Assembly (NCBI GenBank): GCA_030704615.1
Contig: CM060731.1
Coordinates: 4,092,001-4,156,000 of the forward strand
Direction of reading: 5' to 3'
From: Takakia lepidozioides
Lineage: Eukaryota > Plantae > Bryophyta
DNA length: 64,000 nucleotides
The notes under the pieces are model-generated. The model had not been told where the DNA came from and did no database searches. It worked only from the letters and a program-made list of their open reading frames with translations. Shown piece after piece: positions 29,451-41,975 of the stretch (position 1 is the first letter of the stretch; every line of letters starts with the position of its first letter). The position numbers were made by a program, and so were the translations under genes.

Positions 29451-32400
29451 TTACCCGCCATAGTCTCCATGAATGAATTTTTCCTCGGGATAGTATGTGG
29501 CGATCACTGTGTTGCCTCCAAACTTGCGCCCATGCAAGGCTGACTTTGCCTTGGCAGCCCCTTGCAAGTCTGCATATTCCACAAATACCTGATATCACCC
29601 GGAAATCAGTTGTCAGCATCCCGAACAGTACAAAATACTACAAAAAGCAAACTGAATTCCTGGAAAAGTTATGAATGTCCAGAAACCTGAAATAGAAAAT
29701 CTACCAAATCTACCAAAACATTGACCCTGCACACTTGAGCCATTACTGTAGCAGTTCAAAACTACAAATATTGTTAAGATAGGCCTGCCTTTCCGGAAAT
29801 CATGATTAAGTAGATAAATAACTATGCATATTGAAGTTTCGAGCAAGTAATTTCTTGCGAGAGGAAGAGAGAAATAATAATAATTTCATGACATCCACAG
29901 TTCTAATGAGAGAGAGAGACGAGAAGGGGAGAGGGAGAAACGAGTACAAGAACATTAGTTACTGACCATCCCAATGCCAGGAACTTCTTCACCAGTTGAA
30001 TTGGGTCGAGGGATAACCAAGTTTGTCAAGTTTCCTGTCCATCATCACAGATTAATTTGAAAGGTCACAAACACTGTAACGCCATAAAGAGTCACTAGTA
30101 ATGCATAGAACCACAAACACTAACTTCTGCACTTCTGTTCATAGCAAGAAATCAATGTAACCCCTAGGTCTAACAGCAGATTCTTTAGCATCATTACATG
30201 CGAACGACATTAGTGGATGGGGCACGGATACAGCATGGCTGCAAAATGAATTATCTATGTAAGCACAGAGTAACAGCTCCATACAGACATTTAAAAGTCG
30301 AGCATTCAGCAGGCAAAGTTGCTAAATATCTGCTAATTGAGGATATACTTATCGTACAAGGAGACAAATGTTTACCATATTTGCTACATTCCTCTTTCAT
30401 GTCCTCCACAATTTCTTCATACTCATTATCTTCCTTCAATTCATCCGGAGACACAACCTGAAAAACACTGAAAAGGATTAAGACAAGTGACAAATGTCAC
30501 ATAGCTTTCAATCCAAAGCAGAAGTACACCACCCTATGGCCACAATGGCCATGATTTCATCCATTGAATATGAGCAGCAATATGTTTGAAGGCCTCTTCA
30601 GCTAGGGAAAAGATAACAAATTCCCTATATTAAACAGAATAAACGTGACAGGCAGGGAAACACTCCCACCTGAGAAAGGCAAACAACTCTGGTAGACACC
30701 TCCATAGTGGGCATGGCCCCCATGCCTGAAAGCATGCTAGGCATCATACCAGACCCCATCCCTGAAAGCATTCCTGGAACAGAAATTCCCATCGAGCCGA
30801 GACCCATTGCATTTGCTCCAGTTGCTGCAAGAGCAAGTTTCTGCACATCCAACCAACAGGAAACTGTTATCAATCAAAATGAAAGGCTGCACAACATGAA
30901 TATACCTGATGAGAATAAACTCTGCTGCATTCCTGAGTGAAGATGCCCAAAACCTAATCCACAATTCCACTCCTCAAATCCCAAGGCTGCAGTTTACAAG
31001 GACATTTAGAAAAAACCAATAAATGGCTGTTAAACTAAAAAAGTATTTGCTATAGACAGCTACTTATTCATCCATGCATAGACATGACTTAGTTACAACA
31101 GAACGACAAAGTGTAGAATTTGTATCTCTAAAGGAAGGAGGCACGCAGCACAGTGTGAAAGGGGGGAGGGATACCTGTAGGGCAATTTGCTGTTGAGCTT
31201 GCACTAGAACGTTTGTCTGATCAGGCTTGGGCTGCCCACTGAACCCCATAAAGCTATAGTTATGTTAACACAAAACCATGAAGTAAGGAAATCATGACAA
31301 ATAAAGGAGGGAAAAACATTTAGAGAGACACCTCCAGATATGAGTACAAGAGTGACCCTCTTGCTTGTCCCAGCAGCATTAAGGGAAAAAACAAAAACCT
31401 CACAGAAAGAAGGGTGCATAGAGGTAATTTTTATTACGAAACGTAGATTACTCAAACCACTCTCACCTGGCAGAAGCACGACGGACAGTCAACGTCCGGT
31501 CACCCATTTTCAAGCCATTCAGTGCTGCACATGCTATGTCCATCACAGAAGGGTCCTGCCAATTGTTGAAGCAAGCACATCAGAAGCTACCTTTTAAGAA
31601 CTCATACCTCTTATACAACAACAACAAGAACCCTTGGTTCACTGGTCTACACACACCATGCAGAGTCATCCTACATACTAGCAAACGCGAGTCACCAGTT
31701 GGTTGTCAGGTGGAACCAGTGGATTCCTCTTCTTCCTTCTGGGCCTCAAACTCTTTTTCAACTTTCCTTTCAGCCATTAACCCCAATGTTGTGACTGGAG
31801 ATAGACTTATGGCAGATTTTTCGTACATTGGGTGGATTCTTCGGATCCAGGGAGTGGAGCCCTCACAACTGGATCAGGTTTCAGGAACTAATGATTACAA
31901 TGTAAATGCAAGTGAGATTTTGCTTGAGCACGCCTGTTGATGTGCTTCCCATGGAATACTGCTGATGGTATTTTAGAAACCCTCGCAGATGAAATCCTCA
32001 GTGAAACAATCACAAAAGACCTGATCTAGCAATACCATCATTGCAGCAAGTAAATCATCTAGCCACCAAAAACATACAACCAACACTGACTACCTGTAGA
32101 CAGCCCCACTAGCATATCATACAATCAAGCCAAGTAGAGGCTACAGTAAATGAAGAGGTTTTCTTTATATCCAGAAAAATAATCTCCTGAGGTATGTTGA
32201 CAACTGCCTCCACTGTAATCTAACCACCAGACTGCTCACTTGCAGCATTAGATTGTACTCATAAGACGTTGTTTGCCGTAGCCTTGTGGCCATTGACCCC
32301 GCGCCCAGTTTGAGCGGGAACAAAAGGGACAGAACCTACCTCTGTCAGGGGCTGACGTTGGTAGTAAGACTTACCTCCATATAAAGAATTAATCCGGGTT

Positions 32401-35400
32401 TTCCAGATATCCTCTAGAAATCCCTTCACACAAGCATCAATCTGCTGTGTGTGATTTGCCCAAAAACTAGGCCTCAGGAGGGCCTGGGCTTTTGGCTCAG
32501 CCTCGAGACTTTCAAAGTTGGTAAACAGGGGTACAGGCACAATTCCCTTAATAGATTTGAAGAGAGCGTCTCTTTGGTGAGAGAACCCCGGACAGTGTAT
32601 CAGAAAATGAATACTGTCTTCAGATTGCCCACACAACGGGCAATTGCACTCTCCCTTTCCCCTCTGCTTCTGTTTGCTGTTCAAAGGTAGGCTTCCTGCC
32701 CTGAGTTTAAAATTCAGTCTAGTGCCGAGAGTGGGTAGACCCTTGAGGTCATCCAAGATGTCCTCCCCCACGTCACAGACTGGAAACAAGTTCAGGGAAG
32801 TTTTCTGCCTAACTTCATTTTCATCAGACAATCTCATGGCAACAGACATGGCTGAGGACACGACAGCCTCTAAGTCAGATTTATCCAGCAGGGTCAAGAC
32901 TTGCGGATCCAGGTCCAGATCCTTGAGGATCTCTTCTACTCTCTTCTGCCAGGACTTAGCCTGTTTGACAGGGCGGTCCTGTTTCCAAGATATAGAGTCG
33001 ATTAACTTAGGATATCTGGTGTTGGGCATATGTTGCAGCTGACCCCACCATCTGACCTTGAATTCATCTCGTCGGGAGCTTAAGGACGGAATGCCAAACT
33101 CACCCCGAACAGCCACATTGGCTGTTTTGGAGCATGCTGACATACACTCCTTAAGCACCCCCACTTGAATGGATTCTAGAGACTTAGCCTGGTTGGAGTT
33201 ATCAACCCATATAGCAGATCCGTACTCCAAGGCAGGTCTAATAACGCGACAGAGCATGGTTTTCTTGACCTCAGAGTTGACCCCTCTGCAGTGGAAAAAT
33301 TTAGTGAGCCCCAGAGCTTTGCCCTTGCCAGTTTGAACAACTTTCCGGATATGTGCATCCCAATTACAATTGGAGGAGAACTCAACGCCCAGGTAAGTGT
33401 AAGAAGGGAGGACCGGGATCTCTTGGCTACCCCACTGCCACTTAAGATCACTTCCTCCCTCTCCTCTGTCGTTGAATGCTACCACTGCACATTTGCTGAC
33501 ATTAGCCTCTAGCCCCCAAAGATCAAAGTATCTCTTCGCGCAATCAATCAACTCCTGGAGATTGGTTGGAGTCTCCCCTATGCCTGCGAAGTCATCCGCA
33601 AACATAAGGGCTGGTATGGTGGTATCACCCACCCTTAACCCAAATCCCTCACTTTCCACATCCTCGAGGAGTTGATTGATGAAAACATTGAAGAGCAGAG
33701 GGGAGAGAGTACATCCTTGAGCTACAACTTGCAGCATTAGAGATGCAACAATTGTATCACCAAACAACAGAAGGAATCCATCAGTTCAGATACCCAAGAC
33801 ACTGAAAACTGACCTGGTAAACGCAGAAGCCATATCCCTTTGAGTTCCCAGTATCACGATCCTTCACCAGGTCAAAGGCGCGCAGAGGACTGCGTCACAA
33901 AATTCAGGAGTAAAGCATAAGAATTCCTAATGCTGCTAGAAATTTCCAAACATATGCTTCTAGGTTATTGGCAAGAAAAGGATCTAGTACTTAAATCCAC
34001 TACACAATAATGGTTTTTGCATCAACCATCTCAATCTGAAAAGAAAATGCTAAGTTAGAGAACTCGAGTGATCTGAACACTACTCTGCACCAGTAAAACA
34101 CAGAGACTCATACTTTATGCCTAAAACATCAGCTAATATCTTGTACTGACCCAAAGGAGGACAGTAGATCCATGATTTGCTCTTCACTCAAATAGTAGGG
34201 TAAACCCCCAACAAAAATCCGGTCTGGTCCATCAGCTCCACCTGACGCCCTGCATTGGGAAATGCTGACATGAGATAGCTACAAGCCAAATAAAATAGAA
34301 TCATGCCTGCTACTCATTCAACTAAACGCCAGTAATATATATAGACAAACTACTTCAACAGTTTTGAAGATAACCCTGACCAAAATTCTATGTCAACACT
34401 ATCAGATCCCAACATAAGAGTCAAGTGGAAGGAAGAGTGAAAGACAGACCCAGGTACAAGACCAACAGCTGCCAAATTTAGTAGCCCACTCGGCTGGCTG
34501 GGTCCTAGAGTGGCTGCCATTGATGGATTGTAATCACTGGGCCTCCTTACACGGACAGATACACCCTGCAAAATAAACCAGCAAGGAGATCTCACAACTG
34601 AAAACCTGACAAAGAGGGAGTAGTAGAAACATGCTACTTCCTTACATGATCGATGTAAGAATCTCAGAAAGTGCTACTGTGATTGTTGGCTCTGGTATTA
34701 TTCTGCAACACACAAGGCTAGAGCATAACATCCAACTACAACATTGACAAAAAGGAAATAATTTTTCAACTGATACCCAAGACCATGGCTAAAATATCCA
34801 GCGTATTGAGACTCTTGAAACCTAGATTTTCTGTCTGCCATAGCTGGACTCTTAAGATAAGAGTACACCACCATTTACTTAACTGTGCCATAATCTCGTT
34901 AAAACAACAAACTTATAACACTCCAAAGTTTCCTCCAAAAGTGCATCCATCACATTCATTAACACATGAGTCTCTGCAAGAAAGGAACATTAATTTTGCA
35001 CCGCAAGCCACCCAGAGAGGACATAGTACCTCATAAACAATACCATCCAGTGCCATAGCATTGCTAGCCTCCTCAACTGTTCGCATTTCCACAAATGCAA
35101 AGCGCTTCTCCTGGTTTATGTAGACATTGACAACCGCATCCCCTGGAGATAAGAGATAAAAGACAATAGTCGTTATCAAACATTCAAAAGTCCGTAACAA
35201 ACTCCATCCCAATGCAAGCATCCACAAGATAGAGAACTTTTCAGAGTGCAAACTCATTACGATTAATTGTATGACTCGTCACGAGTATACAACAACCATA
35301 TGTTTCTTGCCACAAACATGCACACCAGCCATTCCTCAAACATTCACTACAGTACCTGGACCAGCAGTATTGCCTCCAACAGCAGCCATCACCTGGCTGA

Positions 35401-38400
35401 AGAATGTTGCAACGCTCTGTTTGGCTCAAGACCACATAAGTAAAGGTCATCAGTCCATGTCCACTACAAGCGAGTAATCAAGTGTCACCATGGAAGCTCC
35501 AAATATCCAATGACTAACAAAATCACTAGTAAGGGATCTGCATGCCTTCCCACAACCACCAGAATATGGGTCTTGGACTGCCCAGCAATCCTTAGGTAGT
35601 ATCACGCTGACCATATTAGACCACGTTTACAGTACATTCATGCAACAACAGAGGAAAACTGAGGCAATCCTGCCAAAAGACGATCAAGACCTGTTCATTT
35701 GCCATTGGGGGCAATCCTCCCACATAGACCCTGCGAGCATGTCTTGTTGCCTGCAATCCAATGACTTGACCACCTTAGTGTTGAAAGTATGTATCCCATA
35801 TCTCTAAGGTAAATCAATTCTCGACAATTCTCTGAGGTCATCTTGATCCAGACACTGTGGTCTATTCATGCCAAAATTGTTTACCTTATTAAACAAATCC
35901 AATCTGTCATGTTAAACCTCTCAACAACAGTTTGTTTGCCAGATAGACACAGATCACAGCTCTGGGACTTCTCTAAATGAATGACTTCTAGGAAAAGTGT
36001 CGCATTATTCCATCCCTCACCAACTTTGGAACTAATAACCATCAAAAGCTCCTGTTTTTATGCCTTGCCTTGAAAGTTATCGGGTCACATTCCTCATGGC
36101 TCAAGCTCCCAAATAGGTTCTTCAGCGTTACTATGTGTTAAATATGGCCCACTTGCTAGGTTTGAACTTTGCATCGGTAAGACACACATGGCCAAGAGTA
36201 CCTCAATGGTTGAATGAGGCAACAGTGTTTTGACAAATTGGGATAGATTTATCCAGGACATGCCTATCCTACTTCCAGGTGAAATAAGCAGGTTCAAGCA
36301 TAGGCACAGCTCCAGCTACAGAGCTGAAACTGGCCAGGAGAAGATGGACATTAGGGGTATCACTTAATCCTTACCCCACTTCACAGGCAAGTACAGCAAG
36401 GACATCTGCCATAATCTGGCAGAGAGAGTTCGGGAGAGCAGAATGCCCACCTGCTGGTCAATGCTTGGCAGACGTGGCCTCCAAGCTGCACTAAGAGTTG
36501 CATTTGGCTATTGATTGATGGATTGTAGGTTCAAGATACACTACTCAACGTGACAGTCAAACGCTAGTTTGTTACAAACTGTCTCATCCAAAATCAGCAG
36601 CTAGGCATCACAGGCTTGGTCAGCCTCAACTTAAGCCAAGTACATGATACTAGGGGATTTCTTCAAAAAGTGCCGAAAATCCTTTCGTCACAAACTTGGA
36701 GGTTCCAACCGTAACTTCCATCGGTACATTGGTTAGCATATCACAACCATATATTCCCAGATTTTCCAATGTCACTAAACAATATCAGCAAGTGCCAAAA
36801 TTTACTATTTACCGACCAACTTGATACACCATGTGTGACACTGAACGAAGGTACACCATATAATCTTTCTTGTTTTCATTCACTTGAGTTCCAACCTACT
36901 TGATTTTGATTACTGTTTATGTCTCCTAAACTCTATGCCTTCCACCTACTAAGACCACAAAATGAAACAATTACTCCACTAGCATCATCTTCCACCTCCC
37001 ATGAGTTGCCCCTAAGAGGCAGACCCCCTCCCAACAATGAAACTTACGTACCTGCGTACCACCAGCGAAGGGAAACATTGATGGAAAAACACCAGGAAGA
37101 GGGGGACCCATCCCTGGAATCTGACCTGAAACAATTCACAAACATTATTCCTAACAATTGACACCATTGCAACACTTTGAGTCACTTGCAATATAGGTCA
37201 ACGAATTTAAAGCTGATCTAAATCAAAATGCCCGAAGGACAACAGCTTGACTGTGAACGTAGCTCGTTGCTCATGAGAGAAAACCTCCTGGTAAACCCTG
37301 GAGGCTTCCACAGACTGATGGATTGACAGGTTACTGCAAATGCAAAATACCAGCAGACCTAATTGTCCACATGCACAATATCTAGACATCTTGACAACTA
37401 GACTGTCTATCGTATTAAACTTGGTAACTTCAATAGTATCATATCAATCACAATCTTGCGAGTAATACCTAGAGGTGATAACCCACTTCCAGGACCCGCA
37501 CCCGCTGATGGCAGCCCCCCTGCGTCTGGGTGGAGCATTGAACCTATTCTCATGCATGGTCAGCCAGTATGCCATATTCCTGAAGCCCTCTTTTCTTGCT
37601 GACTAACAGGGGTCCCCTGGAAGCTCTAAGAAGAAGGCACGCATCCAAAGCACGGACGCCCTATGCATGTGATACACCTTGTGTAGCAGTACTTTCTGAT
37701 GTTGACAGCTAGTGCAGGCCATAGAGTTCCCGTAACCGAAATAACAAAGCAAATTTCTTCGAAACGAGCAGGAAGAGAGAGGCATGCTGGCCATGACCAT
37801 GGACGGTGGGTGCAGATAGATGGTCAAAGATGCACCACTAAAGGGGTCCCCCACTCCCTCGATGTGCAAACAGTCCTTCGCAGACACGTTCGTTGAGAGG
37901 CACAGAAGACTACGAGGCTTGTAGTGATGCCATCCGCAACCACGAAGAAAACAAACACACAGACACAAACCAAGACCATCCAAAGAAAGACACAACAAAC
38001 CAGCGCACGGCACTCCTCAGTGTCCACCCTTGATAATAAAGAACATTCATTGGCGTTTTACTCCTAAATTAACCTACAGCATCTAAATTCCTTTCTACTT
38101 CTTTCATCCACTGCTAGTCCTTAAGCAAATCCAACATCTTTTTTATACCACCCAACAGTCTATCAAAAAAATCAATTTTTTTTGCAAAACATGAGGATGC
38201 AAAACGGACTAAGTGAACGTACAGAGACACAGCCTATTAGTAGTGACTGGCTCTGCCCAGAGATGTTTGCTGAGTACTAGCACTTCGTATATGGGTGCAC
38301 TGTAAAAGCCCTGGTCACTGGCATAAAGCATCGCAGCCACTTCTAAGCTAATAAGAAAGTTTACTGCTCTCAAGTGGGAAATGGCGCAGGGGAGCTTTTC

Positions 38401-40328
38401 TGGTGGGTCCTGGAGATACATCATAAAACTCAGGAACCCATCAGCAAAACTCCAATCCATTCCCTTTTCCAGTATAAATGAGTGATGTGAGGTCAACTAG
38501 TGACCCCTGAGAAATGCCCTTACTACATGGCTTGTCAGCTCATGTGCATTACACATAATCCTTCTATACTCAGCTCAAGGAGGTAATATACCATCCACAC
38601 GTCTACCACAAATTGAAACATACCGTGGCTTGTTGAAACGGGATAAGCACACAAGATGCCAGATTCACACACCTGATATAGCAGCTGCTGTTACAACACT
38701 GGCACCAGGAGGAGCCATATCGAAACCACTTGCGCGCTTGCTGCCAAAGGTTTGTATACAAGCCCCACAAAATAGACTATTTTAGTCACTTATCAACAGA
38801 CACACCACTGTTCAAACTCATCATACACCCGTTTATTGACTCAAGGCTTGATTTCCACAACCGCTGAAGTTCCTCAACTACAGAGGCATTTGTACATCAA
38901 TATATATACTATCACCCAACTCCATCTTATGCTTACCCGATCAAGTACTTCAATTTCATAGTGTATAGCAAGAGCAGCAGGCCATGCCTGAAGCAAAGTG
39001 GACCTCAAAATAATGCAAATGAACCATGCCTCTCAGGAGCTAAAACCTGTCATAGAGTAAGAAATCACCTTTTCCGCTCTTTAGAGCGGGAACGCCGGTC
39101 CCGGGAGCGATCATGCGAGTTTGACCGTGAACGATGTCTACGCCTGCGCTCCCTGTCACGATCATGCTCATATCTCCTGTAAGAAACATAACCTCAGTGA
39201 CTCAATCACCATACCCTAAAGTCTATTTTTTTTCACCTCAGGAACCAATTGTCGCAAGAACTTGTCCAACCATGGATTTTGGTTCAGGTACTTGCTTACA
39301 CTGGACATGGACGAGAGGATACTCAAAACCTGAATTCCTATAGGACCTTGCAAAGTGCTCTTGCCAAGTAACTGAGAACCGACGGACACATGGCTGCATT
39401 CATAGGCCAGAACAGCAAGTGCATTAACAAAAAATTCTTTGAGACGCCATGTGAAACATTGAATTTTGGCATCCTGATAAAGAACAATGTAACCTTTTGT
39501 GAAGACAAGATTTAAAGTGAATAGGTAGCTGACCTGTCACGATCACCCCTGTCCCCTCTGTCAGCATCATCCCGGTGGCGGCGCTCCCTGTCACCCCTTT
39601 CACTCCTTTCTCTATCAGGGTCCCGATCCTCTCTTCGGCGCCGATCCCTATGGCCTCCCCCATCCTCTCGGCCTCTGTCTTTGCTTCTCTCTTCTTCACG
39701 GGAAGGACGCTGAACAAAAGATGGATAATTAGTTGATTTGCCATAATGTTAGTAAAATGTGAGCCACTGTCATTCTGAAAGAGGATAAACCAATGGCGCA
39801 ATCATCTTCAGAATCATGCTTTCGTATCAACTACTGCAATGTATCACGGAAACCCATGGGGCGTGATGAACATTGAAAAAATGACATTTTTCACGACCTT
39901 CTTTCACATGGCATATGCATATATACACAAGCCCTCCAGAAAACGTAACATATATTGATAGAGGATAGCCCCAGTGAGATCTTAGAGGGAGTTCAATCTC
40001 TTGCTTCCAAGAATCTTGGATCTCTTCTGAAATTAACAGAAGCGTGGCCTCATGTAAGTGAGGATACACAAACAATGGAGGCCTCCCCCACACAGAATAA
40101 ACCTTCCTCGTCAGCCAGATCGGTTTTCGAAGCGAAGACAAGTAGTACCCGCGTATGGTAATCAATACATACCTCCCTGTATCGATCTCCGTTTTCTCTC
40201 CCTTCGCGGACATTCATTGGGGAGCCTTCTCGTCCATCCATTTCAGGACTTCTATGGTATGACCTACTACGCGGGGGTGGCGATTCCCTCAAATCACTGC
40301 CATACCTGTCATCATCATCCCCTGCCAT
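29451..40328 (-). CDS. U2AF65: Splicing factor U2AF large subunit (RS domain + 3 RRM/UHM), 18 exons
   Basis: Exons (minus strand): 40328-40173, 39709-39534, 39176-39069, 38740-38673, 37125-37052, [36485-36451 degenerate], 35750-35691, 35416-35356, 35142-35030, 34565-34450, 34249-34151, 33889-33814, 31555-31467, ~31239-31176, ~30841-30671, 30457-30376, 30034-29967, 29588-29451. Motifs SGFDMAPP, ATRHARRVYVGGLPP, FAFVEMRTVEEASNAMALDG, RRPSDYNP, DRIFVGGLPYY, GNSKGYGFCVYQ, GRKFGGNTV. Confidence 0.97.
32253..33726 (-). mobile_element. 5'-truncated non-LTR retrotransposon (RTEX-like LINE) in U2AF65 intron 12
   Basis: Uninterrupted ORF with RT motifs QGCTLSPLLFN, MFADD, YLGV, RPALEYGSAIW, NVAVRGEFG and a C-terminal Cys/His knuckle CPLC...HFLIHC. 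Flanked by a perfect 15-bp TSD ACTTGCAGCATTAGA at 32238-32252 and 33727-33741. Clade assignment is inference. Confidence 0.95.
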
Positions 40329-41975
40329 GGAAGACCTTTTGCTCTCCTCCCAAAAGATATATTCTTCCCTGACTGGAACTACAGTGTGAACCCTAATTTC
40401 CTTCGCTTCCAAAGCAAAAGCTCAATGCCGCTGCTCGCTCCACGGCATCCGAAAAGCCCTTCAAGCGGCCGAAAGCCTCCAGAACCCTGAAAAAGACTGA
40501 CGCAGCTGGGGGGACGTGGAAGACGAAAGGTTTCGTGCAAGACTAGCAAAGCCCGAAAACCGACCAAGAGATCACCAATGTCCCCACCCCAACTCCGCTC
40601 AAGAAAATACCTCAGAAATCAGGGACATTAAGGCAACAAATTGTCACCACCAGGATCGACGACAGCTCAAGGTAGCAGATATGCCGGTCTAACCACATAC
40701 ATGGCTACTGTGCGCCACACAAACCCGACCCCGGAAGGGGACCAGATGAAAGAGAGACTGGTTGCCGAAGCGTGTGAAACGGCAGGACTGACCGAAGGAT
40801 CTTGCAGCAGCAGCTGTGCATCTCTCTTTCTCTCTCTCTCACAGGTCGTCCCCGACAATACCCTTCCTCACGCCGAGCTAGGTCCTGTCTTAGGTCTATT
40901 CAAGACATGGTTTAAGTCTAAGGCTAAAGTACCAAGTAAAGTTCATCCAATCGATCATGGAAAATAAATCTTAGAGGCGGTTAGCAGCCGACTCCAGTGA
41001 AGGCGTCCACACGACGCTTCGCAGTCTCTCTTCCCCCTTACTCACACGAGTGCTAAGATGGGGATGGTCGAGAAGAGAGGTGATTATGGAGAATTGCACT
41101 CGTCTTCCAGTGCAAACCAAGATCAGATGAAATGGGTTTTTTGGCCCGGTTGAGAATTTTTGTCGATGCGCGGACTATGCTACACAAGTGAAGATCGAAG
41201 ATTGGTGATTAGATGGATTGATATGAAATGGTGAGCAGCAAATTCAGACCTCGGATTCTGGATGATGGGTGATGGAACTTTGAATTCTGGCATGAAGCTT
41301 TAGTGCTGGAGCAGAGAAACAGGGACTTCTCCTGGACTTGTTCCCGGCCTGTCGCTGGAAGGAAAGAGATGCAGCAGGACCGAGCCACAAAATTATGTAC
41401 ATTTTCTTCGTCTTAAGATAGACGAGTTTTTAAAATGTTTTGTGTAAAGTGTCCCTTTCATGACTTGTTGGATGTGTTTTCCTCATCGACCAGCTGCATT
41501 GGCAAACAGTATGTTCTGCTGTTCGACTGAAAGTGTTTGGCTACTTTGCTGCAGGAGCAGATCCTCATTTACAAATGCTGCGACCATGCACTTCCTTTGA
41601 AGACATTCTCGCCGGGTAGACTTGATTTTAATGTCGACAAGTCTGCTTAAGTCTATGAACAGTGTCACAGAGGGTTCGTTGCTAAACTCGTGGGACCCGT
41701 GACATCCAGCGAAGTTAAGGGCAATTTACTTCCTGGCATCAGACTGCAAAGAGGGAAAGGGAGTACCTAATTATATAAGCTTACATTGACCCCGGAGCCG
41801 ACAAGGGAAGTCTGGATAACTGCAATAGGGACAGGCCTGGAGCAGAATCATGAAAAACAGACACCCAGAGGGCGCAGCAGAGGTAGCAGCTTGTAATTTC
41901 GAGGCATAATGTAGATACTTTGACAGGGATTGTACCTAAGGAGTAAGAGCGTCCAGCCATAACTAGTGAGGCGAA

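Noticed and set aside
30535-30553. Fourth copy of the LINE 3' motif (CTATGGCCACAATGGCCAT)
   Set aside because: Only ~12 nt match and the flanks do not align, which is compatible with chance.
33727-33767. ORF-track start (MFGDTIVASLMLQ) of the 502-aa RT ORF
   Set aside because: These residues come from host intron and TSD sequence read in frame by chance. The element is 5'-truncated and has no start of its own.
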